Position numbers and translations under genes: made by a program. A DNA stretch of 51,614 nt, counting the filler, from Bipalium vagum (taxonomy: Eukaryota), in NCBI GenBank assembly GCA_037834085.1. It is 3 parts of 3 records of this genome, joined end to end, with 100 filler letters (N's around TTAATTAATTAA, not from the genome) between each part and the next. Parts side by side here need not be neighbours in the genome. Positions count along the whole stretch, not along the records: positions 15,663 to 35,062 come from JBBMKC010003751.1; positions 35,163 to 51,614 come from JBBMKC010110807.1; 1 more part is not named here. The stretch is one strand, 5' to 3'. This document shows positions 27,281 to 38,600 of the stretch, in pieces; positions within the stretch are counted from its first letter, which is position 1, and each line of letters opens with the position of its first letter. The notes beneath the pieces are model-generated. The model made no database searches, had not been told where the DNA came from, and saw only the letters and a list, made by a program, of their open reading frames with translations.

Positions 27281-29707
27281 CTTTACCAATTATCACTTAC
27301 ATGATTATTTTTTATTATATTTATTATCATCGTTGTACTCTTGAACATTTCAATATATTGACATAATTCTATAAATTATTAATTTAAATAACATGAGTAA
27401 CGATTTTAAAAATTATTTTAAACGTCCAAAAATGTAAAATGAAACTCAATTGATTAATGTTAATTTCATTATTATTCATTATCCGAGAGAAAGGAAAAAT
27501 AGAAAGCTGGAGAGACTTTACTGTTTAAAAATCAATAAAATTAAAACATTTGCGTACTTGTTACTATCGACCACGATTCCGTCATGACTAATCCCATAAA
27601 AGTCGTCAAATTCATCTTAAACAAAAACGCAAAGTAATGTCAACGGAATCGGATGAGAACAAAAACATTAATTTACCGTCATATGTTAAATTCGGATTAA
27701 ACTGCAAAACGTCGCGCTCCCTTTCCTCTTCATTTTGCTTTTGAACAATGCCCATTATGGTGCTTTTCAAGGCTGAATCAACGAAGCTTGTCAATTTGAC
27801 CTGACGCTTTCCCAAATGAAGTTGGGAAGCATCCACACGACCGGTATCAAGATCGTCACCATCGTAAATGTTGCGATGATTGGCCAGGACATTTCGATTT
27901 CTGAAATATCGTTATTGACATCAACAAAACGTTCGAGTTCATTTTTACATGACATCAGTCACAAGAGACGTATCGTTTGATTCCTGCACTGCTGTTTTCT
28001 TCACAAAATCAATATCGATCGCACCAGCTAGCAAGGACTCCAGCATATGCTCCGGAGAACATTGGTAACATTTCAAATAGGTCTGAAAATCAGAAATTAT
28101 TAAGAGTAGCACCAAAATACAATATCGATAAAAAATCACCCTAATTTCCTTTTCCAACAAGTCCGGAAATATATCTACAATGAATTTAATGTCGGAAAGC
28201 TGATCGGTTGACGTCCTGTCTTTCGAATCTTCATATGTTTTGCTTTCTGGAACAGATTTGGAAGAAAAAATTGTCTTCCGGCCATCGATATCTTTAGAAA
28301 TTGATGTCAATGACAAATTGACAAAGTCGGAATAATACTCGTGTCTGGGAAAAAACACGAATAATAGTTCTGTTAATGGCAGACCCAATTTCAAACTCAC
28401 TTATCTTGACTGACAGCGTGTAATATCACATCAAAATCATCTTGTAACGGAAACATGAGATACATCGCATCTGCAAATATTGGGTTGTCTTGACAACTGT
28501 TTATAACTGAAATGCATTCTCTAATCAACAAAAACTTCTCTTCCGATGAACTTGCCGAAGATACAGACGACCCGTTGTCTGACAACAGCTTATCAAGAAA
28601 GTATCCCTTGAAAATCTTTCTCCACAAATTGATTAAGTTAAAACAAAAAACACTGAGCAAATGTTTCAGCCTGTCTGGATCTGTAGTTTCAAATTTATCG
28701 ATTTTTTCCTGCATGAATGGAACCAGCTTTTCGAACATCTGCTCCAGGGATCTGGGAAATGAGATTTGGTTAAGCATTTCGAAAATTTGGGATTTGCTAC
28801 ACACAGCTTGCAACATGTTATTCCAACTATGAAGAATATCGATCATGTAGAAAAGGAAGTCATTTGTAAACTCCTCCGACAACACATTTGTTTTCAAATT
28901 GTGAATATCTTTTTTGTGTTTTACATTCGATGTGATGAAATAAATCTTTTCTTCGATTTGTTTAAGGGTCTGCAAAGCATATGATCTAAAATCATCCTCG
29001 TATAAAGATTGACAAGAAAATATGTGCATAATCATCTTGCCGATTATTTCGCTATTATCATCACCGTATATGGAGCAAATGTCAAACAAAAGAGGAATGT
29101 CAACAATAAAATTATCGTAGATCAAATCGCCGTAATTGGTTTTTGAAAATTCTGTGATCTAAGTACATTTATGATTCGGATTATTATGATGTGAAATTAC
29201 ATTAACTTCTTTATTCGACGTCAGTCTGAGAATCAATAAAAAATATTTATTATGCAAAGCCTTCTGAGATTTTCCCAATTCAGTTCTGTCTAAAATTAAT
29301 TCGTATGACCTGTTTTAATGTAATTATATGATATAAAATAATTAAAATCACCGAGTAGCATTATTACAGAAACTTTGTAAAGACAATAAAATGCTTGTAT
29401 CATACACAACCTTAATGTATTAATAATTTGTTGAAATAAGTAAAAATTATCTGTACATGACACCAAAATTCTTGATGTGGAATTTTCATCAATATATCTA
29501 ATTTTTGGCTGAGTATTTTCATTTTTTCTTCATAAAGCTGGTCTGATTCCAAATCTGAGGAACTATCCTTTTTTTGATAAACAGGGATGTTAAGGGGATT
29601 TATAAATACATTAGTACTCTAGTAATTAATTATAGAAGATATTTAAAGTTAATAAATAAGCTAACAATATAATTCATAAGACCTCTTTTAATAACTGGAA
29701 CACTCAT
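26767..29707 (-). CDS. ASCC2: Activating signal cointegrator 1 complex subunit 2 (CUE-domain protein), 9-exon model
   Basis: Manual GT-AG splicing gives a phase-consistent ORF from ATG 29707 (MSVPVIKE) to TAA 26767. Family motifs seen: KIPHQEFWCHVVYD, LHNKYFLLILRLT, YGDLIYDNFIVDIPLLFDICSIYG, CUE-like IKFIVDIFPDL...YQCSPEHMLESLL, RNIYDGDDLD...LHLGKR and YDDEFDDFY. ORF-track pieces 28397-29125, 27945-28400, 27612-27836 and 26767-26976 are exon fragments. The last exon starts at 27109. Confidence 0.9.
27238..27280. repeat. (TTA)n microsatellite in the last ASCC2 intron
   Basis: Seen directly. It produces the poly-Leu stretch in the spurious ORF 26842-27366. Confidence 0.9.
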
Positions 29708-29919
29708 TTCAAAATTAAAAAATAATGATAACTATTGCACAATTTTAAGTCAATTTTATTTAAATTATATTATTTAAACAAATTCGTTAATGAGATTTAA
29801 ATGAGTAAATATAAAACAATTTAATAACCATTTTTATATCAATTTAAATTCTTTAAATAGAGTCAATTAGGAATTATTTTATAAGAGCATATATAAATAT
29901 ATATATTCAAAGCTTAAAG

Positions 29920-30980
29920 ATTTTTAGCAGATTTAGTAGTAAAAGTTTGTTATATAGTCATGCATAATTTAGCCAAAAAATGAAACCATTTTCTGATGTC
30001 GAAATGATTAAAGAATGATTAACTCAGTTGCAGAAATAGCTTTTCCTGATAAAACTAACATTATTTCCAAAATAATCTTGTCAAGATTCACAATTGGAAG
30101 AAGAATCGATGACCTGTTCGAAGATAGTACTGCATTTTCATGTGATCGAACTAAGAAATTTTACTGATGTTCTTTAGTACTAGATGAAAGCTGTGATATC
30201 AGTGACACTCTAAAATTATCAATATTTATCAGAAATATAAATTTGAGTTTTAATATTACTGAAGAATTGCCGTTAAGCCATTAACACGAAGAGCGACGGG
30301 TAAAGACATACAATGAACTAAAATTGATTATAGATAACTTATCAATTCCATTGCAAAAATTGTTTGCATTTAGACTGGTGGAGCACGACCTATATAATCA
30401 AAAAAATTTTGCTAGCTCTAGTTCTGTAGCAATCCGTTGAGGATTATAGTTCATTTTATGCTGATCAGACGACTACTCATTCGTAGACCAGTATTCTTAA
30501 TGAGGAATGTCAATTCACTTTTTGATCACTTAAACCTAAATCGGTCCCTAATGGCGGAGCCTGATCTAATCTGGGCAATTCGACATTAGCCATGGTCAAG
30601 ATTATATCATCTATTGATAAAAAAATATTTTATTATTGGTATTATTATTCCGTTTCTGACCCTTTTGTGGTCAATTTAATTAATTTTATAATTATCCTAG
30701 ACTATTGATCGGTTTTCAAAAGATCAGTCATTCTAAAAGGGTTGTGCCTTTCGCTAATCCAACATTATTAAAAGCTTGACAGGGTGATAAAATATTTGTT
30801 AACCATTGCATAATACAACCTCCAACAGTCTTTGTTCAAAAATTTTAGACTTAGAAAGTATCATCAGTTAATTTTTCTCAAATCGCCGGAAATTATATTA
30901 AAAGATTTGTTCAGTGAATTTCATGAAATTTATTACATAGAAATAGGATGGTTCAGTAGAGATGCAATTTTGATATATAT
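29920..30980 (+). mobile_element. hAT (Buster/Charlie, GTF2IRD2-like) transposase remnant
   Basis: KMKPFSDVEMIKE, LSRFTIGRRIDDL and SLVLDESCDISDTLKLSIFIR. YYIEIGWFSR (resembling YHTEVRWLSR) resumes after the insert at 30425-30827. Confidence 0.8.
30425..30827 (-). mobile_element. LTR-like fragment, family B, interrupting a hAT remnant
   Basis: Begins TGTTGGAGG on the minus strand. Positions ~30463-30610 align by eye to ~51289-51430 (shared TCAGACGACT..TCGTAGAC, CCTAAATCG, GATCTAATCT, TCAAGATTA). No exact TSD found. Confidence 0.5.
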
Positions 30981-31232
30981 TTTAATTAAATATTATTTAT
31001 ATTTAAAATATTTTATTAATTTTAATCTTGATTTTTCAAAAAATATATATATACATGTATTTACTACCTCTTAAACAATAAACATCAGAAAATGATATAA
31101 ATATATATGATAGTCTAATACCCCCTAAAAATAAAATCCAATTTTTTTCTTTCACTGAAATAATAAAAATACATTTATTTTAACATAGATATTAATATTT
31201 CTACACATAGCACATTCAAATAAAAATATTTT

Positions 31233-33800
31233 TCAAAATTTCATGTACAGCACAATTGGACAGTGATCACTTCCCATAACTTTTGTTCTAAGTTCCTGAT
31301 TGCAAAGATTTGGCAGTAGTCTTCTTGAAATGAGAAAGTAGTCCAATCTCCTACAAAAAGAATTCAATTAATCAACGAATTCTCTGAAATAAATAAACCA
31401 TCCAATATTGCGACTTCGGGAATCTCTCATGTTACTCCAAAACGTATATGCTCCAGTCCGGCGAGGATAGATATGTCTGAATGTATCAATCAAGTCTACC
31501 AAGTTCAGTAGGTTGGAAAACCCCTCTCGTTCCTCTTTTGTGAACCCCGCAGTTTTAGTATTAGATTTTGGATTGGCCAGATCTTTTTTTTAAAAACACG
31601 ACGCATTAAGAACCATTCAGGAGGAAGAACGCTTACCAATTTCATGATGCGACACATTCAAATCTCCACATACAATTATTGGTTTCGTTCTGTCCAACTC
31701 TTTCAAATAGTTAGCAAAATCGACGTCCCATGAATTTTTTCGATAATCCAACTTTACTAGTCCTCTTCCAGAATTGGGAACATCTTAATAGGTTACAAAT
31801 CAACTCACATTTTATTTAAAGTAAGATTTTACTTACAGGCAGTAACGAAATGAAAATTCTCGTATTCAACTGTGATCACCCTTCCTTCATTGTCATGCTC
31901 GAATTTACCGATTCCATACTTTATGTTGATAGGGTCAGTTTTTGAATAAACCCCAGTTCCTTAAATAAATGATGTTCTGTTCAAATTAATTCAAATTTCA
32001 ATCTATATTCTTAAATGACAACAAAAACAAAATAAACACGTATTTATTGTTTATTTTTAAATTACCTTTTTAATTAGTCAGGGAACAATATGTTTGGTTT
32101 TGAAATTAATGATGATGAATATGAGAATTAGTAATGGTAGTAATAATAATAAAAATAATAATTATAATTAATTAATAATAAATTTTTTTTTGAAAAATTT
32201 TTAGAAATTTCTTTTTTTGACAAAATTTCGCCGTATGGATTTTCGACAGATTAGGCTAATGGTTCTCTGACAGTCGAGTGGACTGCAGGTTTCCATTAGC
32301 CTTGATATGAGTATATCTTGTCGTGGAGATAGAGTTGATGGCTATTGTGGAAAATAGCCGTCTCTAAGCGTAGGAATTGGTGATCGCAGACCAATCTCTA
32401 CGACTATTCCCGTCAATCGCACAACAAAAAAAAAGAAAACGCTAGACCATCGGAACAGAATTCGAGGACAATAATACGCCAACAGGAACGAAAATTCCAG
32501 GAAGAGTCTATTAGGAAACCACGAATTCAAAAGGACTACGAGCCGAAGACAGGACATCAAGGTATTTTCAAGTTGATATGACTTCGAAGAAGGATTCTAC
32601 AAGGGGACCCCTAGGTGACCTGAAAAGGTCCTAGAGGGCGACCCGGGACCCCTTGTCGCTCTTGTTGATACCGTTTATTATTTTCTTGTGTTTATTTCTA
32701 GTGTTATTCTTCATGAACTTCTCCCTTTGTGATTAAATTTTTCTTTTCTCTCATTAATAGTAGTATATTCATTTTATTATTACTTATTGGACATATTTTG
32801 GGAACTTATCATGGTGATTGATATTGTGATTGTGCTTTTAGCCAATAAAGTTTTATTGAAAAGTTTTGATTCGAAAAGGTTGAGAGGAGTTACGGACACA
32901 ACGATATATAAAAAGTGAGTCACGAGCACACGTTACTACGTCTAAGTATAATAGTAACAAATATAAAAATAAGTATTTTATGATTTAAGAGTAATTTCAA
33001 ATCTCTGTTTGAGACTAATATTATTTTAAATTAATGATCTACAAATATTAAGCGGGCATATTAATCAAAGATGGAAATCACGATAAATATTTGAAATATA
33101 ATTTAAATTAACTGCTGAAAATATTTTTGTTGAAGATTAATAAAAATTATAATTGAAATGTATAAATAAATTGAAATGGACTATGAATTAGAAAAAGCTT
33201 AAATTGAAGTTTTCAAAAATATCTAAATAAAAACTACCAGAATATCCAGGTTTATCGGCGCTATACCAAAATGATTTATAATTTTTTATATTTTTGGCTT
33301 CATTTGGAATATCAGAGTTAGAACATTTTGTTTCTTGTAAAGCAAATATATCTGCATTTTCATCTTTTATATATTCCAATGCTTTAGCCTAAAATATTAA
33401 ACTAAGAAATGGCGATATTTCTTAAAAACTAAGAAACCTTTAATGAAGCTCTAAGCCCGTTAATATTCCATGAAACTAGTTTAAAATTCCAATTATCAGT
33501 TAAACCATTATTTAAAGGTTTAGATGACGAAATAGTATCACCAAAATAAGACTGATTTTCATCAGTTTTCTGGAAAATTGCCTAATTCACATTAGAGAAA
33601 ATTCAATTTTACTTCAATATTTTTCAGAGTAAGATTCTAAATTAAATTATGGATGTAAAATATTCAAAAGCTTTACCTCCTTTTTTTTAGTTGTTACTTT
33701 TCCAGACTAACAGATATACATACTAAAATAATCTAAATTAACTTAAATTTACTTTTATAATTTTTTCTTTGACAATTTTTGGAACTTTTGCTTTACCCAT
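31233..33800 (-). CDS. APEX1: DNA-(apurinic/apyrimidinic site) endonuclease, ExoIII/APE1 family, 9-exon model
   Basis: The spliced translation contains [72 protein letters not shown] and GSDHCPI, ending at TGA 31233. A Lys-rich N-terminus starts at ATG 33800. All introns are GT-AG. Confidence 0.95.
32091..32959 (+). mobile_element. Solo LTR, family A, inserted in an APE1 intron antisense to the gene, 869 bp
   Basis: TGTTTGG...AGTAACA termini, with a 4-bp TSD AATA at 32087-32090 and 32960-32963, and AATAAA at 32844-32849. Shares blocks with 20880-21828, e.g. CCTAGAGGGCGACCC and CGAGCACACGTTACTAC. Confidence 0.85.
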
Positions 33801-35062
33801 GATTAAACGTGCTTTCTCAGAATCAAATGAGATAAACAAATTAATTTTTAAATATTTATTACCAGAAGTTTAAGTATACGGTTTTTTTAAAAAAATATTT
33901 TTAAAATAGATGATCACAACATTTTTCAGCAACTTATAAGTACAGAGCTCATTAAATCTTTAGTTTACCTATAAAAATAAAAATCTTTGGATAGCAGTTT
34001 GCATGTAAAAATTTTGAGAATTTTAAAAGATAATACCTTTGAAAACAAGAAATCAACTCAAAAATAGAACTTTTGTCCAGACAATGATTAAAAATAATTG
34101 CAGTATAGACTATAGATTATATCAAACACTAATTTTATCATTCTTCGGAACAAGTCTTTCAAAGAACATCAGATTAAAATCTTTAAAAATCTGTTAATCT
34201 GTTAAAAATATGTAGAAGTACAGCCCCAATGACCCACCAGTGTACACTGATAAAATAAGTTATTCCCTTCTGGGTAGGCGTTATGGAGCTCCCTTCAAAG
34301 TTGGTGGTCACTTTGGAATATATATGTTCAAGACAAATCTATCTTCGGCTCACATCAGCATGAGTACGGCTGATAATTCCATGACTTTAGCCTTTTCGAT
34401 GTTTACAGAAGGTTTTTCGGATTCAGCTCCAAGTTGATAAGAGGACAAACATGAACCTCAATCAACTGAATATGTGGTATTATTCTTGACCATATATTCG
34501 GTCATAAATCATTTCACTCAGTGGATGGAAACTATGGAAATATTAAGGGGAACAATTGTGGCTGGGATGATCTCGAATGTTTGAATATTATTTTTACCTT
34601 TTGCAAATTTTATAGAATTTTAAAAATATATTATTTAACTTGAATTTTAAACTTTATCTTGTGTTACATGTAATTGTAAAGTTTGTTTTACCTTCTGTAA
34701 GATATTTTTTTCACAATGTCTTGATAAAATGCTTATATTAATAGATTTTCTATTCTTGGTGATAAAAATTATTTTCTTATTTTAAATTCGACATTTTTCT
34801 TATTGAAAATTAATGGTTAGGAAGGGAAAAATCTAATGGTTTATCAAGGACTGAAGATTCTTTTTTACATTTTCTAAATTAATAAAAAATTTTTATATTT
34901 TTCTTGCATATGGTTTGGTATAAATTATTGAATCCATCTTTTTCTATAATATACCATTTTCATTTTAAATTCAACACTTTACATTTTAAATTCAACACTG
35001 AAATTTTTCTTTAAATTAATCATTTTACAAAACGAGTAATTAGAAAATTTAAATTTATAAAC

Positions 35063-35162
35063 NNNNNNNNNNNNNNNNNNNNNNNNNNNNNNNNNNNNNN
35101 NNNNNNTTAATTAATTAANNNNNNNNNNNNNNNNNNNNNNNNNNNNNNNNNNNNNNNNNNNN
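35063..35162. other. Artificial contig linker (44 N + TTAATTAATTAA + 44 N)
   Basis: Same structure as the linker at 15563-15662. Confidence 0.95.
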
Positions 35163-35789
35163 ATAAATAAAACTTTGTTTAAGCTGTCATGTGTTCCTTT
35201 AAAGTTAGATTTTAAAAACCGCCATTTATTTCTTTACAATCTAATAATTAATTCAAGGTGCCTAAAGTATTTAAGGACGTGTTGAAGTCTCGGGGAAAAC
35301 AGAAATTAAATAACAAGTAATGATTTTATTGATAAGAAATGGTACAGGGATGAAAAATTAATTACTTTGTTTTAATACTTCATTTATTAAACAAATTACT
35401 GAAATATTTCGAAATCAAAAAGAAATAAAAAGGTTAACATATTTATTTAATATTATTTAGACTGTCCAAATGTCAAAAAAAGCAAAACAACCAAAGTTTA
35501 TCGATAAATAAAAGAATTTCACATGCATCCTAATAATCACTCATACTGTAATACCTGCATTAATGTCGTCAACTATATATGAGCGTCGTTCAACTATAAC
35601 CAAGCATCTGCAATATGGAAACATTCCAAATATCTTAATGAGAAATTTTCCAACCAAGCACAGATTTTTATTTCAACAAACAAGTATGATTACAAGAGGT
35701 ACGTCTCCAAAGCATTCTTATTGGTCAATATCCCAACTTGCAAAGCCAATAATAATCCAAATGTAAAGACATTATTTACTTACCTCGGT

Positions 35790-36150
35790 GTATCACCACC
35801 TTCAAAGACAAAAATTCACTGATCATCTTTCAGATCTGAGTTTCCATGTTTAAATCGTTAAAACCATCTCCTGATTTGACTATTATAAATAACAATATCC
35901 TCAAATACATCGCATATTGTTCCTTATGATTCTGGGGTAGTCGTTTTCTTTGTTTGAAATCATACCAAATACAAATGCGAATTTTGTATTTTTCGTCATC
36001 CTTATTTCAAAGCCAATATTTTAACTAAAAATCAATAAAATGAAGGATAGTATTAATAAATATTATAAATGAGGCAAAAATACATATTAAAATTTAAAAT
36101 GCTCATTTCTAACTTAGCAACCACGTTTTTGGGAAATAGTCTTCACGAAA
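35790..36150 (-). mobile_element. mariner 5' remnant
   Basis: TICDVFED...QIRRWF*RFKHGNSDLKDD. Confidence 0.6.
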
Positions 36151-37279
36151 TGTGAATGATCAAATTCCATGTATTATTTTCAATATTTATGTACCGGAAA
36201 GAATTATTATATATTTAATAACATTTCGTACTATTTTATATAAAAAGAGATCATCTCCCAATATCTCCGTAGTTATAACCACCCTTAATTATTGTGTATC
36301 AATCGCCTGTTATGTCTCCCAGAAACAGTCGTCGACAATTCATGGATGAATGCGATCTTCAAATTTTGTTTTCAGTGTTTCTTGACTCAAAGAATTACTT
36401 GATTGAATTAGGAAAGAGACTTAAAATCTTGTCAGTTGTTGCAGCCTGCAAGTCGGTTGGATGAACAGTGAGATTGGTACCTGATTATTTCAAAGACTCT
36501 TCAAATATTACCTTATCAGAGATAAGTATCTTTCGACTTTTTCATACTTTAACTCACTGATATCACCAAAATTGGGCCTACGTAAAAATTTTAATGGAAA
36601 TTCGGTTTTTAAAAACGAAAAATTTCTTTTTCTCAAGTTTTTATTATTGTTATATTTATTCACTAAGGCAGATCACTTCTCGCCTGTTCCGTCGATATTG
36701 CTTAACTGGGCGAATTTGGGAGGAGTTGATGCTGATACTTCTTCAGGTCTGAGCGTTAATAAAATTTTACAATCCCGACCAAAACATCTCCTGAGACATT
36801 TTCATTGTGGATATTTTCAGGTTTTGCATAAGGACAGCTGAACAGACTCGAGACCCATTTCCATCAAAGGACAAAGGGAGACTATCAACAACAGAAGGAA
36901 TTTAGTATGAATGGCAAAATCTCCAGGATGCCGACCAAACGTTGGATTTTTTATACTTATATATTAAATAATTAACTTTTAATTATTTATTATATTTTAA
37001 TTTATTATTTCAATTCTTAAGTTATTACCGAAAACAATACATAATAATTTAAATGACTTCAAAATCAATAAATCCCATGGTCTGACCATATCCCTTATCA
37101 TTATAAAAACCTTTTACCACAGTCAGTGAAGAAATTTTCAGTCCAAAAAATATATTATATAATGCGAAATTATATTCTAAATAAATAAATAAAATAAAAA
37201 ATATTTTTATATTTCGTATTTCAGAATTTTTCAGATTTACTTAAAGTGCAAAATCGAATAATATTTCACCAATAAAAGA

Positions 37280-37340
<61 letters not shown>
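37280..37340. repeat. (ATT)n microsatellite
   Basis: About 20 perfect units. Confidence 0.95.
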
Positions 37341-37341
<1 letters not shown>

Positions 37342-38065
37342 ATTTCTAAAATAATTTTGAATGTAATTATATATAATAATTAGTTTAATTGGTTGAAAAC
37401 CTAACGACAATAACAGTGGTATTTCAGGTAAAATTAATCAATTATTTTGTTTTACTGCAATTATTTCGTGACTTAAAAGAATTAGAAACCATTTACGTTT
37501 CATTTAAAACTCAAATCAAAATTATATTTTTTGTATTTTCATTTTTCATTTTTAATTCTTTAATTAATTAATATTAAAAAAATTATTGCAAATTGTGTTT
37601 TGGAATTTTTTATTTAATTCTTTTTTTTTACTTGAAGGTAATTAAAATTTTCAGTTTAAAAATGATAAAATTAAGATAATATTATTTGTTTAAATAATAC
37701 TTTAAATAATACTCTTGATATCCGCCAATTTGTTTTCAATATTAATATACGTGATTTATTTAATATTTTTATTCATTTTAAAGAGGAATAATATTTCTCA
37801 AAAATAAAAAAGACCGAATATTGCTACTTGGTGTTATGGATGGAGTTCTTGTGAGAATTTTAGGATGATTTTTTTCCCAAAAATACTTTGTATAAAATTT
37901 TATACTTTGCATGTGAATTGATTAGATCCGTTTTTATGTCAATGAATTATTGATTTTTTGTTTAATATAATAACTTCAGATTTATTTATTTTTTGTTTGG
38001 AAATATTTTAAAAATATAATTGATAGAGGCTTAAAATTGTAACAATAATATCTTGTTTAAATGAA

Positions 38066-38600
38066 TTAAAAATGCCAAAAAAGATGTGGATCATCCAGCA
38101 CGGCATCTAGAAAAGCTTCCAATGCCTGGCATTCAGCTTGGCCTTGGCTCTGAACAAAATATGTATTTCTAATTAATTTCCGTATTTTTGGTCCAACCAA
38201 AATTCCTTCTTTAATTTTAGCCCATGATAATTTCGGGCAATATAATTTTATTATTTGAAACTGTTGGCCTTTGGGTTGTAAAGCTTTACTAAAGTTCGTG
38301 AAAAGGCTTAGCTTGATATGAAGAGTTGACAATCGGATATTCTCAACACTAACAATTGCTTTATTCTTGATATGCATTGAACGGGTGTAAGCTTCTCATT
38401 GCTTGGTTATTCTTTGACTGTATTATGCTGATCACGTGACCTGCTGTCCCATAAGCATAAGAAGAAACAGTATTTGGTTTAACCAATCTGCGGCACTCTA
38501 AAGATTCCACTTACCTTTAGATTTCCACATATATTTATTATCATTTTTTTTAACAAGATCAAGTACGACAACTGGAAAACTATTTATCTGAGAAAATGTT
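38066..38600 (-). mobile_element. Chapaev3-like (CMC) transposase remnant
   Basis: ICGNLKV...*TKYCFFLCLWDSRSRDQH and LHIKLSLFTNFSKAL...PKLSWAKIKEGILVGPKIRKL. The superfamily name is assigned from recalled motifs. Confidence 0.7.

Noticed and set aside
26842-27366. 174-aa hydrophobic ORF as a membrane protein
   Set aside because: It is antisense to the last ASCC2 exon, and its poly-Leu comes from the intronic (TTA)n microsatellite.
36660-36950. GC-richer island as an ncRNA or gene
   Set aside because: No tRNA or snRNA motif and no convincing protein motif. It may be a retroelement tail, but that is unsupported.
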